The notes below the pieces were generated by a model, which did not search any database, was not told the DNA's origin, and saw nothing but the letters and a program-made list of their open reading frames with translations. Positions 31,951 through 42,787 of a DNA stretch of 64,000 nucleotides are shown piece after piece (within the stretch, counting starts at the first letter, position 1; every line of letters begins with the position of its first letter). A program made the translations under genes and the position numbers. Origin of the DNA: Longimicrobiales bacterium. GTDB lineage: Bacteria > Gemmatimonadota > Gemmatimonadetes > Longimicrobiales > Gaopeijiaceae. The DNA lies in assembly GCA_965218295.1 (NCBI GenBank), contig CBDCKN010000009.1:480001-544000 (forward strand). Reading direction: 5' to 3'.

Positions 31951-32126
31951 AGGTCAAAGTTCCGGGAAACTCCGTTCCGCCGCCCCGGACCACTCCAGGT
32001 CCTTCGCTACCCACGTAATACGAAACTCGTCTCAAGACTCCCCAATTCGTGCTGGGTATGAGAGAATAGATAACGTACGAAAATCAAATTTCCATAAGGT
32101 CGAAGCGTTGCGGAGGGTGACTGACA

Positions 32127-32417
32127 GTGGCAAACAGCGAAAGGCGGATCGATCTCAGGAAAGCAATGCTGAACCCGGCGCTTGTATTCCTTGGTCCCGA
32201 GGATGTGCTTAAACGGGACGAGTTGACTCGCGAACAGAAGATCGAAATCTTGCGTCGCTGGAAGTTCGACGCGCTGCAACTTCAAGTCGCGGAAGAAGAG
32301 AACATGGGAAGCGAGCAACCGTCGGATATTCTGGATCGGGTGCTGCAGGCACTCCATGCGCTGAACGCGGGTCCCAATCTCGAAAATTCACCGCCCACGA
32401 AACTCCGGGACGGATAA
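32127..32417 (+). CDS. Conserved-looking hypothetical protein, 96 aa
   Basis: GGAGG RBS; NPALVF..PEDVL...LTREQKIEILRRW..DA...VAEEENM. Confidence 0.7.
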   Translation: MANSERRIDLRKAMLNPALVFLGPEDVLKRDELTREQKIEILRRWKFDALQLQVAEEENMGSEQPSDILDRVLQALHALNAGPNLENSPPTKLRDG

Positions 32418-32590
32418 CGAGCTCGCAGCGCACGGTGCCGGGGAGCATGTTCCCCGGTGAGGTGAGGTGCTCGAATGTCGTCAACTCAGCTGTGCCCCTC
32501 GCTGCAGTTGGCCGGAACCCTCTCTGCCAACTTACGTGAGACACGGAGCAGCTAAGGAATTAGAGTAGGGCGAAGGCAGAGAAACCGAGG

Positions 32591-33040
32591 ATGCTGAGAC
32601 ACCGAGAGAGAATGAAAGAGAATGGAATAGCCCCACCAACCTGGGACGGTAAGCGAAGCGCGGCAGCTCCTGCGGACTCGGAGGTGGTAGATAGGCCGCT
32701 GCGCCGGCGGTTCGCTCCGTCGTACAAGCTGCGGATCGTCGAAGAAGCGGACCGGTGCACGGAGCCCGGAGAGGTTGGCCGACTCCTACGGCGGGAGGGC
32801 TTGTACTCGTCGCACCTGACGACATGGCGCAAGGCGGCGCATAGCGGGTCCCTGAAAGCGCTGTCGAAGAAACGAGGCCGTAAGCGCGAGCGCAATCCGC
32901 TGGAGGAGAAGGTGCGCAAGCTGGAGCGCGAGAACACTCGCCTCGAGAAGGAGCTCCAGAAGGCGCACTTGATCATCGACGTCCAGGGAAAAGTTGCAGG
33001 GCTGCTGGGATTGAGCCTCGAGGACGGGACGAACTCATGA
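32591..33040 (+). CDS. IS3 transposase OrfA
   Basis: RRRFAPSYKLRIVEEAD...LLRREGLYSSHLTTWRK HTH plus coiled coil. Confidence 0.9.
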   Translation: MLRHRERMKENGIAPPTWDGKRSAAAPADSEVVDRPLRRRFAPSYKLRIVEEADRCTEPGEVGRLLRREGLYSSHLTTWRKAAHSGSLKALSKKRGRKRERNPLEEKVRKLERENTRLEKELQKAHLIIDVQGKVAGLLGLSLEDGTNS

Positions 33041-34044
33041 AGGCGACCCAGGAGCTAGCCAAGCACGTAGGGGTGAAGCCCGCGTGCGATGCGCTCAGGG
33101 TGCCGCGAGCCACGTTCTACCGTCGTCGGAGTGCATCGACCGGGCATCAGCAGCCCCGCCCGACCCCCGCCCGGGCCTTAAGCGAGAAGGAACGAGACAA
33201 GGTCTTCGACACGCTGTGTTCGGAGCGGTTCGTGGACCGGTCCCCAGCCGAGGTGGTGGCGACGCTGCTCGACGAGGACGTCTACCTGTGCAGCGAGCGT
33301 ACGATGTATCGCGTTCTGGCTTCCCAGGTGCCGGTTCAGGAGCGTCGAGCGCAGCGGAGTCATCCCAAATACCAGAAGCCCGAGTTGATGGCGAGGGGCC
33401 CGAACCAGGTCTGGTCCTGGGATATCACCCGGCTGCTGGGGCCGAAGAAGTGGAGTTACTTCTACCTCTACGTGATCCTGGACATCTTCAGCCGCTACGT
33501 CGTGGGATGGATGGTGGCGGATCGGGAGAACTCTGCCCTGGCCAGCCGGCTGATCCAGCAGAGTTGCTTGAAGCATGGCGTCCAGCCCCACCTCCTGACC
33601 CTGCATTCCGATCGAGGGGCTCCGATGACGAGCCAATGCACGGCTCAACTACTCGCCGATCTCGGCGTGACCCGCTCGTTGGGCCGACCCCAGGTCTCGG
33701 ATGACAATCCGTTCTCCGAGGCTCAGTTCAAGACCTTGAAGTACCATCCCTCGTTTCCCGGCCGGTTCGGGGATCAGGGGCAAGCCAAGACCTTCTGTCG
33801 CTCGTTCTTCCGTTGGTATAATGCCGAGCACCGCCATGGCGGCATCTCGATGCTGACCCCCGAACAGGTCCACTTCGGTCACGCCGATCGGATCATCGCC
33901 TGCAGGAAGGCCGTGCTCCGTGAGGCATGGGCCGCTCATCCCGAGCGCTTCGTCTCCGGTGAGCCGAAGCCTAAACCACTCCCGGAGGCCGTCTGGATCA
34001 ATCCTCCCACCCCATCCCTCACTACACAGGAGATTGCTCTCTAA
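33037..34044 (+). CDS. IS3 transposase OrfB (DDE integrase core)
   Basis: WSWDIT, HSDRG, SEAQFKTLK, WYNAEHRH; ATGA overlap with orfA. Confidence 0.93.
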   Translation: MKATQELAKHVGVKPACDALRVPRATFYRRRSASTGHQQPRPTPARALSEKERDKVFDTLCSERFVDRSPAEVVATLLDEDVYLCSERTMYRVLASQVPVQERRAQRSHPKYQKPELMARGPNQVWSWDITRLLGPKKWSYFYLYVILDIFSRYVVGWMVADRENSALASRLIQQSCLKHGVQPHLLTLHSDRGAPMTSQCTAQLLADLGVTRSLGRPQVSDDNPFSEAQFKTLKYHPSFPGRFGDQGQAKTFCRSFFRWYNAEHRHGGISMLTPEQVHFGHADRIIACRKAVLREAWAAHPERFVSGEPKPKPLPEAVWINPPTPSLTTQEIAL

Positions 34045-34479
34045 TTGATTTCCAAGAGTGTCTCACTGGCGTTGACAGGTTCCGGAAGAGAAGCCTGCCA
34101 CGAGTATGTCACCGACGGGCGTGACGGCGATTCCCTCTACCGTACCGAACCCGTCGCCGAGAGCTACCGAGCCACTCCAGTCCCGAGCAATCCGAAGAAC
34201 ATTACACATGCGTACAATCTGGTAGCTCAGATTGCGAAAGTCTGTGCGCACGCTTGATCGTCAAGCGCTGGCACGAGAATCCCTGGTTGACCGGTCTGAT
34301 CCCCCCCCTCACGTTATCGCGACCCGTGAAAGGGCTTTTGTTTTGGCTATCCCTAAGACCACTTGTTCAGGGAGGGCAGAATGGACTCGACTGAGGCGAA
34401 GTTCGCACGGCACTTGGAAGTGCTACCGCAGGGCGTGTGTTCAGCTCAGCGGAACGCAGATCCGATAAGAATCTTCGTC

Positions 34480-35936
34480 GATGGTGTCCCGCTGACAGTT
34501 GAAGGTGGTGGCTCCGGAGAGTCTCCTTGTTAGCCTGCCTTTCTCATTTCGGCAACCGGTTCATGGTCGTCGAGGTGGGCCCTGAGCATCCAGAGCTGGT
34601 CGTAGCCGATGATCCTCCGGTAGCTCTTCTCGGTCTCCACGAACGAGGCCGCAGCCCAGCGCAAGGCCATCGCTCCGTTCTTCCAGTTGGTCACCCTGCG
34701 GGTCTTCTGTCTTACGCCCGAGTGGGTGCTGTCGATCAGGTTGGTCGAGCCCAGGCACTTCCTCAGCCGCGGCGGGAGGCCGAGCCGGTTGATCGTGAAC
34801 ATCTCGCTGAGGCCTTCGCGTAGGCTGGCCGAGGCCGAGGGGTGGTCGCGCTCGAGCCATCGGGCGAGCTGCTCGAGCTTCTGCTCGCCCTGCTTCGCGT
34901 CCAGCTTCATCGCCGCCCGGAACGCCGCCTTCACCTGAGGATGCTGATCCTTCGGCAGATGACCCAGCACGTTGCGGAGCTTGTGGTTGCGGCAGCGCTG
35001 GATGGGGTGACGTTGGCCGAACACCTTCTCGATCGCCTTCCTGAGCGCTTTCGAGCCATCGATCACGAACAGCCGCCGCCTGCCCGGGTCCAGGCCGCGC
35101 TCGACCAGATCCTCTAGGAGCGCCCCGGTCACCTCGGCGTTCTCACTCGCTCCTTCCCTCACGCCCAGCACGTGCTTCTTTCCGTCTGAGTCCACGCCTA
35201 CCGCAGCAAGCACGTGGTGCGAGCCCATCTGGATCCCGTCCAGGTAGATCACCAGGAGGTCCCACGCATCCAGCCGGCGCTCCATCAGCTCCTTCAGCAC
35301 GCGCTCCGAGGCCTCGACCGTCTCACGGCTCACCGCCGACTTGCTCACCCCGACCGTGTCGGCCATCTCACCGATCACACGGCCGTACTTCCGCGTGCTC
35401 ACCCCCGCCATCAGGACCTCGAGCATCCGATCCGCCACGGCGCCCGGTCTCCGCATCGCTGCGTACGCCGGCACCTCGACCTCGCCACCCTCCCCGGCGC
35501 CCCGGCGCCTGAGCCGTGGCCGCTCCACACGCACCTTCCGGTCCGACAGGTAAACCACACCACCCTGCCGGCCATACCACACCGTGTCGTCTTCCGCTCG
35601 TGACCGACCTGCCTGCTTCACGCCTGCCACACCCTCGGCGCTCATCTCCAGCACCGCTTCGATCGTCGCTCGTCCCATCACCTGGATGACTTCGTCGATC
35701 GCGACCTCCGTCTGCTCCACGAGCTCAAGCATCGGAAGCAGAAACTGCCCCTCCCGCTTCAGGAACTCCCTGATCGCGCGCTTGTCCGCCCGATCCCTTA
35801 CCTCGTACGTTCTCTTCATCGTGGTGGCTCCGTGTTGGGGTTTTTGCCTACCCGAGCCTATCGGCCCGGGACCCCCGGAGCCACCACTTTTCTTTCTCCC
35901 CTATCAGGAACCTTCAACTACGGTTGGGACAGCTTC
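34480..35936 (-). mobile_element. IS256 type 1, copy D, intact (1457 bp); 8-bp TSD TCTTCGTC
   Basis: IRs; TSD at 34472-34479 and 35937-35944. Confidence 0.96.
34530..35819 (-). CDS. IS256-family transposase (intact, 429 aa)
   Basis: GVSTRKY, VIYLDGI, FVIDGSKAL, QRCRNHK, STNLIDS. Confidence 0.94.
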   Translation of the reverse strand: MKRTYEVRDRADKRAIREFLKREGQFLLPMLELVEQTEVAIDEVIQVMGRATIEAVLEMSAEGVAGVKQAGRSRAEDDTVWYGRQGGVVYLSDRKVRVERPRLRRRGAGEGGEVEVPAYAAMRRPGAVADRMLEVLMAGVSTRKYGRVIGEMADTVGVSKSAVSRETVEASERVLKELMERRLDAWDLLVIYLDGIQMGSHHVLAAVGVDSDGKKHVLGVREGASENAEVTGALLEDLVERGLDPGRRRLFVIDGSKALRKAIEKVFGQRHPIQRCRNHKLRNVLGHLPKDQHPQVKAAFRAAMKLDAKQGEQKLEQLARWLERDHPSASASLREGLSEMFTINRLGLPPRLRKCLGSTNLIDSTHSGVRQKTRRVTNWKNGAMALRWAAASFVETEKSYRRIIGYDQLWMLRAHLDDHEPVAEMRKAG

Positions 35937-37250
35937 TCTTCGTCCGGGGGAAGGGTGCCTACATCTGGGACAGTGAGGGCAAGAAATACACTGACTATCA
36001 TGCGGCGTTTGCCCCCATACTCCTTGGGCATAATGACGACGATGTAACCCAGGCTCTCATCGACGGACTCAGGCAAGAGGCATCCTTGTTCGGATCTGGC
36101 GGATCGCCATGGGAGGAGGAGTTCGGGCGCCTTATCGTCGAGAGTATTCCCAGTGCCGAGAAGGCGCTGGTAGTGAATACGGGAAGTGAGGCCACCTACC
36201 TTGCCCTTCGAGTGGCTCGGGCAGCAACGGGTCGAGATAAGATCATCGTCGTCCAAGGAGGCTACAACGGATGGCACAATGACGTTGCGTTTAATCTCAT
36301 GGACCCTTGGGAAAGAGTCGCATCATATCGGAAAGGGCATCCGATGGAATTGCTGCCGTTCACCTCGGGAATGCCCTCGAATCAAATGCAGAACACCGTG
36401 GCAGTCCAGTTCAACGATCTCGAGGCGGTTGAGAACCTGATGAAAACCGGAGAGATCGCCGGGATCATCCTCGAGCCGGTGCTCCAGAATATCGGTGTCG
36501 TCAAACCGGAAGATGGCTACCTACCAGGTTTGCGAGCTCTTTCCGATCGCTACGGATGTGTGTTGATCTTTGACGAGGTGAAGACGGGGTTCCGCCACGG
36601 GATAGGAGGATATCAATCGATCTGTGGTGTGATGCCGGACCTCACCACTCTCGCAAAAGCTGTCGCTAACGGTTTTCCACTGGGCATCGTCGCGGGCCCG
36701 GACAAGTACATGCAGTATTTTCTCCACGAGGATCCGTCGAAGTTCGTGCTGGTTGCTGGCACATACAACGGTCATTTCGTGGGAACTCTCGCGGGTATAG
36801 CGGTCCTGAAAAAACTCAGGAGCCGAGAGAAGGAGATATACGGACACCTGGAAAAGCTCGGTGCGAAGATGGAGGAGGGGCTTGCCTCGGTTTGGACGGC
36901 CAAGGGCATTCCGTTCCATACTGCGCGCCTGGGCTCAGCCTATTCGACTTATTTCATGGATCATGAACCCAAGAATTGGAACGATATTGCCCGGAATCAT
37001 GATATGGCTCTGGACGTCGCTTTTCGACAGAGGTTGGTACAATCGGGAGTGTATTATTGCCCAATGCCGACCAAACAATGCAGCATTTCCTTTGCACACA
37101 CCGAAGAGGACATTGATGATTCCCTGGAGATCATCGAAAGCGTCGTCAGACAGCTATAGTCTCTCTGGAAAGGGAACGGATCTGATTTCAGAAGAGGTGC
37201 TTCGGAATCCAAGAGGAAAAACAAACGTCAGCAAGACGCGGAGGAACTTC

Positions 37251-39249
37251 ATGCGAGTGATTACAGCCACGACGGTCTTTTGTTTGATCGTAGCAACTGG
37301 GATGGCGGAAGCTCAGCTGGTGTGCTTACGCGTTGAACGCCGAGAAATCGTAGCGAACGGCAAGGCGTTCGGTTTGGCTGGACCCTACGAAAAGCTCGTC
37401 GGCATGGCTGATTTCACCCTCGATCCTGATCAACCACAGAATCAAATCGTCGTCGATCTACCCCTCGCGCAAAGAAACGTTGATGGCGACGTCGAGTACA
37501 GCGCGGAGTTCTATCTCCTGAAACCTGTCGATCCAACTCGTGGCAACGGCAGGCTTCTTTACGAAGTAGGTAACCGGGGCAATAAGTGGATTCTCGCGAC
37601 ATTTCAGGAGGCGCTGCGTTCGTCAGATCCGATGACCGCCGAAGAGTTTGGCGACGGCTCACTGATGTGTAAAGGCTTCTCGTTACTCTGGATGGGCTGG
37701 CAGTGGGACGTACCTGAGGGACGGATGCGCATGACAATCCCGATCGCGACCGATGGTGGCGAGCCAATTACGGGTTTGGTGCGTGGCAACTTCGTCGTCG
37801 GTGCTCGTGACCGGACGGCACTAGTCGCTGACCGTGGTCATGAAGCCTACTCCTTCGTCGATCCCGAGAATGACGAGCACGCGATGACCGTGCGAGACCT
37901 CACGACCGATCGGCTTGAGATCGTGCCGCGTGCCAGCTGGCGATTTACCGAACCCTGGCGTTGTGGAACTCGATGGCGGATTTGAACCAGGTCGAATCTA
38001 CGACGTGGTCTATCTCAGCCAAAATCCACGCGTGGTCGGCCTTGGGCTCGCAGGCACACGCGATATCGTAAGTTTCTTCAAGTACGACACGAGCGATGCA
38101 AATCCATTACCCGGCATCAAATACGCGATCGGCTGGGGTGTGTCGCAGAGCGGACGCTTCCTGCGACACTTCCTATATCAAGGCTTCAATGAAGACGAGC
38201 ACGGGCGCCAAGTCTTTGACGGAGTCTTCAATCAGGTCGGTGGTGCGGGCCGAGGCTCCTTTAACCATCGATTTGGGCAAGCCTCACGCGATGCAGAACA
38301 GCACCTGAATTTCCTTTTCCCAGTCGACATGTTTCCGTTTACTGACGTGACGACCACTGACCCAGTAACAGGCGACACCGACGGTCTGCTGCGCCGGACC
38401 GAAGCAACGGGTACCACGCCCAAGGTGTTTCACGTGTTATCAAACTCGGAATACTTCAACCGCGCCGGATCGCTCACTCACACCGACGTGACGGGCTCAC
38501 GAGATATCGATCCACCGGCAGCGAGTCGAATCTACTTCCTTTCGTCGGCACCCCACACCCTCGGGCGCTTTCCACCTCAACCCAACCGGGAGGAGGCGTT
38601 TCTCGGACAAGCACCCATGAATATCTTGGCCTACTCGTCAGTGATACGCGCTCTGTTCCAAGCACTCGACGCCTGGGTCGCCGAAGGACACGAGCCGCCA
38701 CCAAGCCTTTATCCGCGCATCGACAATGGGACACTCGTGTCGCCTACTGACGCGGGCTGGCCGAATATACCTGGCGTCAGTCTGCCAAAAGATCCGCAGA
38801 CGGCACTACGTCTCGATTTCGGTCCCGATTGGAACCGAGGCATCGTGACATATGAGCCACCAAAAATTGGTGCCCCCTTCATCCAACTTGTGCCGGCCGT
38901 CGATACTGACGGGAACGACCGTGCCGGTATCCGGATGCCCGAACTGGTAGTACCGCTGGCAACGCACACTGGATGGAATTACCGACACGAGAGTATCGGC
39001 GCTCCGGATCGTTTGTCGGGCGAAATTGGCTCTTACTTCGCCTTTGCGCGAACACGTGCACAACGCGAGGAGTCTGGTGATCCCCGACTATCCATCGAAG
39101 AGCGTTACCGAGACAAAAACGACTACCTTGGACGAATTACCCAAGCCGCGCTCAATCTGGTGAACAGAGGTTATCTCCTGACCGCCGACCTTCCGGACAT
39201 CATCAATCGGGCCGGTCTGCATTATGATTGGGCAGTAGGGGAACACTAG
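37251..39249 (+). CDS. Secreted alpha/beta-hydrolase-domain protein, one frameshift near 37950
   Basis: Signal peptide; GPYEKL, YEVGNRG, GWQWD, GVSQSGRFLR nucleophile elbow, DGNDRAGIRMP, PRLSIEERY. Confidence 0.8.
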
Positions 39250-39365
39250 CGGTTCAATGAGAGATTCTGATTTCGATGCCTACCGAACACGCCATCATCG
39301 GTAGGCATCGAAAGGCCGTCCTCGATCGCGCATGACCCTGTCAAGAACCTCGCGAGCCGCCTCGG

Positions 39366-39764
39366 ATGGCGGTGACGGCGCCGGCGCTGACGCGTGAGTC
39401 GATCTTCGACGCACTCTACACACGAAGGACGTATGGGACGACGGGCGCTCGCATCCTCCTCGATTTCCGCGCCAACGGCGAGCCGATGGGCGGTGAGACA
39501 ATTACGGACGGTGCACCTCGACTGCGCGTCACCGCCCACGGGACAGACGTCATTGAGTCGGTGGAAATCTTGCGATACTCGCAATCGGACGGCGGTTTCA
39601 GGGTTATCTACGGTTTGCATCCCGATGCACTCGACTACGAGTGGTCGGGAACCGATGATGGTTTCCGTGACGACTCGGTCTACTACCTTCGGCAGCGTGG
39701 CAGCATTAGGGGTCGCGCCGTCATGGCGTGGTCAAGTCCGATCTGGGTCCGGAAGTCGCCGTGA
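39366..39764 (+). pseudogene. C-terminal fragment of a DUF3604-like protein
   Basis: LTRESIFDALYTRRTYGTTGARI...YYLR...AWSSPIWV; the N-terminal bulk is missing. Confidence 0.7.
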
Positions 39765-39789
39765 GCTATCGAGATCGCAAAGACCTGCG

Positions 39790-40061
39790 CCCCCCGCCAG
39801 GTGGATGTGCATGTCCGTGAGACTCGGGATCACGTACTTGCCGCGACCGTTTATCGTCATCGCACCGTCCGCGCTGAGTGGAGTGCAGGATACCCGTGCG
39901 ATACGCTCGTTCTCGACCAGTACGAACGCATCCGGCATTAGAGCGCCGCCCGTCCCGTCGATGACGGTTACGTGCTCCAGCAGTCGCGACTGGGCGGAGG
40001 CGGGCGCCCGGAGTATTGCCAGCCCGGCCATCCCGCAAACGACGATGTGGCGCGACTTCAC
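39790..40061 (-). pseudogene. N-terminal fragment of a metal-dependent amidohydrolase
   Basis: HVTVIDGTGG...GRGKYVIPSLTDMHIH, then collides with the convergent fragment. Confidence 0.75.
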
Positions 40062-41350
40062 TTGGAGGCCGCCGGGTCGAGCCGTGCCGGCTCCATGCGG
40101 GGAACCAGCAGGTGGATGATGACCATCGCCGCCATGTATGTGAGTCCGAGGACGACGAAGATCGGGGCGTAGTTGCCGTGGGTGGCGTCCAGGAGGTCGC
40201 CCGTGAACCGCTGGAACAGGAAGGCGGCGAACATGCCCGCAAAGCCACCGATGCCGACCACCGACGCAACCGCCCGCCGGGGGAACATGTCGCTCACCGT
40301 GGTGAAGAGGTTGGCGGACCATCCCTGGTGCGCCGACGCCGCGACACTCACGATGGCGACGGCAGCCCACATGCTGTTGACGGCCGGTGCGGCCATGGTC
40401 GGCACGATCAGCAGGGCCGAGATCAACATGGCTGTTTTCCGGCCGCGGTTGACGCTCCAGCCTCGCTTGATGAGCGCGCTCGACATCCACCCGCCCCCAA
40501 CCGAACCCACGTCGGCCGCCACGTAGATCACGATCAGCGGCAGCGCGAGGCCGGACAGCTGCACATTCCAGTTCTCGTCGAGGAATTTGGGAAGCCAGAA
40601 CAGATAGAACAGCCACACCGGATCCGTCATCGCTTTGCCGACGATGAAAGCCCAGGTGGGGCGGTGAACCAGCAGGCGGCGCCAGGGGACCTTGACCGGC
40701 GGGTCGGCCGGGTCGCTGCGGATATACGCCAGCTCGGCTGGCGAGACCCTGGGATGCGCGGCTGGGTCCCGATACACGGCGCGCCAGACGGGGATCCAGA
40801 GAAGGCCGAGCAGGCCGGTGAGGATGAACGCCCAACGCCACCCCAGCGTGAGTGTGATCCACGGGACCAGCAGCGCGGCCACCACCACCCCCACGTTGGT
40901 CCCGGCATTGAAGATACCGGTCGCAAGGGCCCGCTCTTTCTTCGGAAACCATTCCGCTACGGCCTTCACCGCGCCGGGGAAGTTCGCCGACTCGCCGACG
41001 CCGAGAAGCGCGCGCGCCACTGAGAATCCCGCAACCGTGCGAAAGAGGGCGTGCGCCATCGCCATCACGCTCCAGGACGAGACGGCAAGGGTGAAGCCGC
41101 GCCGCACACCGATGCGGTCCATGACACGGCCCATGACCAGGAGCCCGAAGCCGTACCCGATACTGAACCACGAGACGATGGCCCCGTAATCGGACTCGCT
41201 CCACTGCAGCTCGCGCGTGAGCGTGGGGGCGAGGATGCCGAGGACCTGGCGGTCGACGTAATTGACCGTGGTCGCGCCGAACAGCAGCACGACGATCGTC
41301 CACCGATAACCGAACCCCGGCCGGGCTATGCCGGCGCCCCCGCGATCCAC
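40058..41350 (-). CDS. MFS transporter, ExuT-like hexuronate transporter (start approximate)
   Basis: YRWTIVVLLF..TTVNYVDRQ, GESANFP, EWFPKKERALATGIFNAG, DPVWLFYLFWLP, HQGWSANLFT. Confidence 0.88.
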   Translation of the reverse strand: MDRGGAGIARPGFGYRWTIVVLLFGATTVNYVDRQVLGILAPTLTRELQWSESDYGAIVSWFSIGYGFGLLVMGRVMDRIGVRRGFTLAVSSWSVMAMAHALFRTVAGFSVARALLGVGESANFPGAVKAVAEWFPKKERALATGIFNAGTNVGVVVAALLVPWITLTLGWRWAFILTGLLGLLWIPVWRAVYRDPAAHPRVSPAELAYIRSDPADPPVKVPWRRLLVHRPTWAFIVGKAMTDPVWLFYLFWLPKFLDENWNVQLSGLALPLIVIYVAADVGSVGGGWMSSALIKRGWSVNRGRKTAMLISALLIVPTMAAPAVNSMWAAVAIVSVAASAHQGWSANLFTTVSDMFPRRAVASVVGIGGFAGMFAAFLFQRFTGDLLDATHGNYAPIFVVLGLTYMAAMVIIHLLVPRMEPARLDPAASK

Positions 41351-42474
41351 GTCGCTTGCTGCTGCGCCTCCAGCGCCAATTCGGTCGCAAGGAAGCAATG
41401 TGCCTGCGTCATGGCCGTCTCCGTCCGGTTCAGGACGTCGTCCACGACCTGCGGCCCATAGGGCAGCTCGACCTCGCTACAGTCGATGTGACGGATGTTG
41501 TTCCCGTCCACCAGGAACAGATGTTCCGGGCCCTCGCGTCCACCGATGTCGATGTTCTTCCGCACCTCGATGTAGCCGTCCGTCCCCTCCACAATGATCC
41601 GCGTATCTCCCCAGACCCCCAATCCCGCCGGAGTGAACCAATCGAGCCGCACGTACCCCGTTCCTCCGTTACCACGCAGCACGAAATCGCCGAAATCCTG
41701 GAACCCGGGACGGTCCCGATGACGGTAGTTGGCGATCTGGGACGCGACGACCTCGCCTTGCGTGGAGCCGGTGAAGAAGAGGAATTGATCAACCTGGTGC
41801 GACCCGATGTCGCAGATGATGCCGCCGTACGCGTTGGGGTCCCAGAACCACTCGGGGCGCTCCGGCGGGTGAACGCGGTGCGGTCCCAGTCCGATGGTAT
41901 GGATCACCTTTCCGATGGCGCCCGCCTCGACCAGATCTCCCGCCTTGACCGTCCCCGCACTCTCGAAGCGCTCGGAGTACATGATCGAATAGATCCGTTG
42001 CGTCTCCGCCTGCAGGCGCCGCACCTCGGCGAGCTGTTCCGGTGTCGTGATGCCGGGTTTGTCGGCGATGTAGTCCTTACCGTGTTGCATGACACGGACG
42101 CCGAGGGGAGCGCGTTCGTTCGGGATGATGGAGGAGAGTACCAGCTGGATCGAGTCATCTTCCAGGATCGCTCGTTCGTCCGCGACAACCCGGGCGTTCG
42201 GGTACCGCTCCACAAACGCGGCCCGGAGATCGGGCTCCCGGACGAAGACCGACACCAGCTCGCCGCCTCCGTGCGTCACGGCGTCGACCATGAGGTAGAT
42301 GTGAAAATGGTTCATGCCGATCACACCGAACCGCAACCGTGGCGCGGACCGACCGCGCCGTGCCGTGTGGACGGCCGCCACGAGCTGCTCGGGCACGGCC
42401 GCGGCAGCGGCCACTCCTGCAACGATTCCCGCCGACCTCTTCACGAGATCTCTGCGAGTGAGTTCCTGCATCAT
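41326..42474 (-). CDS. Gfo/Idh/MocA oxidoreductase with Tat signal
   Basis: LTRRDLVK, FGVIGMNHFHI, DKPG, GGIICDIGSHQVD, DWFTP. Confidence 0.88.
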   Translation of the reverse strand: MMQELTRRDLVKRSAGIVAGVAAAAAVPEQLVAAVHTARRGRSAPRLRFGVIGMNHFHIYLMVDAVTHGGGELVSVFVREPDLRAAFVERYPNARVVADERAILEDDSIQLVLSSIIPNERAPLGVRVMQHGKDYIADKPGITTPEQLAEVRRLQAETQRIYSIMYSERFESAGTVKAGDLVEAGAIGKVIHTIGLGPHRVHPPERPEWFWDPNAYGGIICDIGSHQVDQFLFFTGSTQGEVVASQIANYRHRDRPGFQDFGDFVLRGNGGTGYVRLDWFTPAGLGVWGDTRIIVEGTDGYIEVRKNIDIGGREGPEHLFLVDGNNIRHIDCSEVELPYGPQVVDDVLNRTETAMTQAHCFLATELALEAQQQATWIAGAPA

Positions 42475-42543
42475 CCCCCCTTCCAACATTCCTGACTCGA
42501 TTCCCACGAAGCTGCCCGCCCGATTCCCGCCATTCTCTAACGG

Positions 42544-42591
<48 letters not shown>

Positions 42592-42787
42592 CGGCTCTCG
42601 GAGGGCGGGGGCGCCTTCGAGACGTGTCCCGCACGTGGGGGCTGCGCGTCACGTGCGATGATAGGCCCGACGCTCAGTGACGTCCATAGGCACAGCAACG
42701 CCACTCGGGTTCTTGCCCGCAGGCGGGAAGTCGTGTTTGATTTGCACGACCCTCTGACAACCGACGACTCCGACAGGTGCGGGTAAG

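Larger units (their letters stand above)
32518..34084 (+). mobile_element. IS3-family element, copy 4, apparently intact (1567 bp); 3-bp TSD GAA
   Basis: Both termini; TSD at 32515-32517 and 34085-34087. Confidence 0.95.
34381..37159 (+). pseudogene. Class III PLP aminotransferase (GSA-aminomutase-like) interrupted by IS256
   Basis: MDSTEAKFARHLEVLPQGVCSAQRNADPIRIFV|RGKGAYIWD rejoined; NTGSEAT, LIFDEVKTGFR, PDLTTLAKAVANGFP. Confidence 0.88.

Noticed and set aside
34085..34380. Possible riboswitch or leader upstream of the aminotransferase
   Set aside because: No recognisable Rfam consensus by eye; would need an Infernal search
34381..37159. Calling the aminotransferase hemL
   Set aside because: Family motifs are present, but the sequence is divergent and there is no tetrapyrrole context
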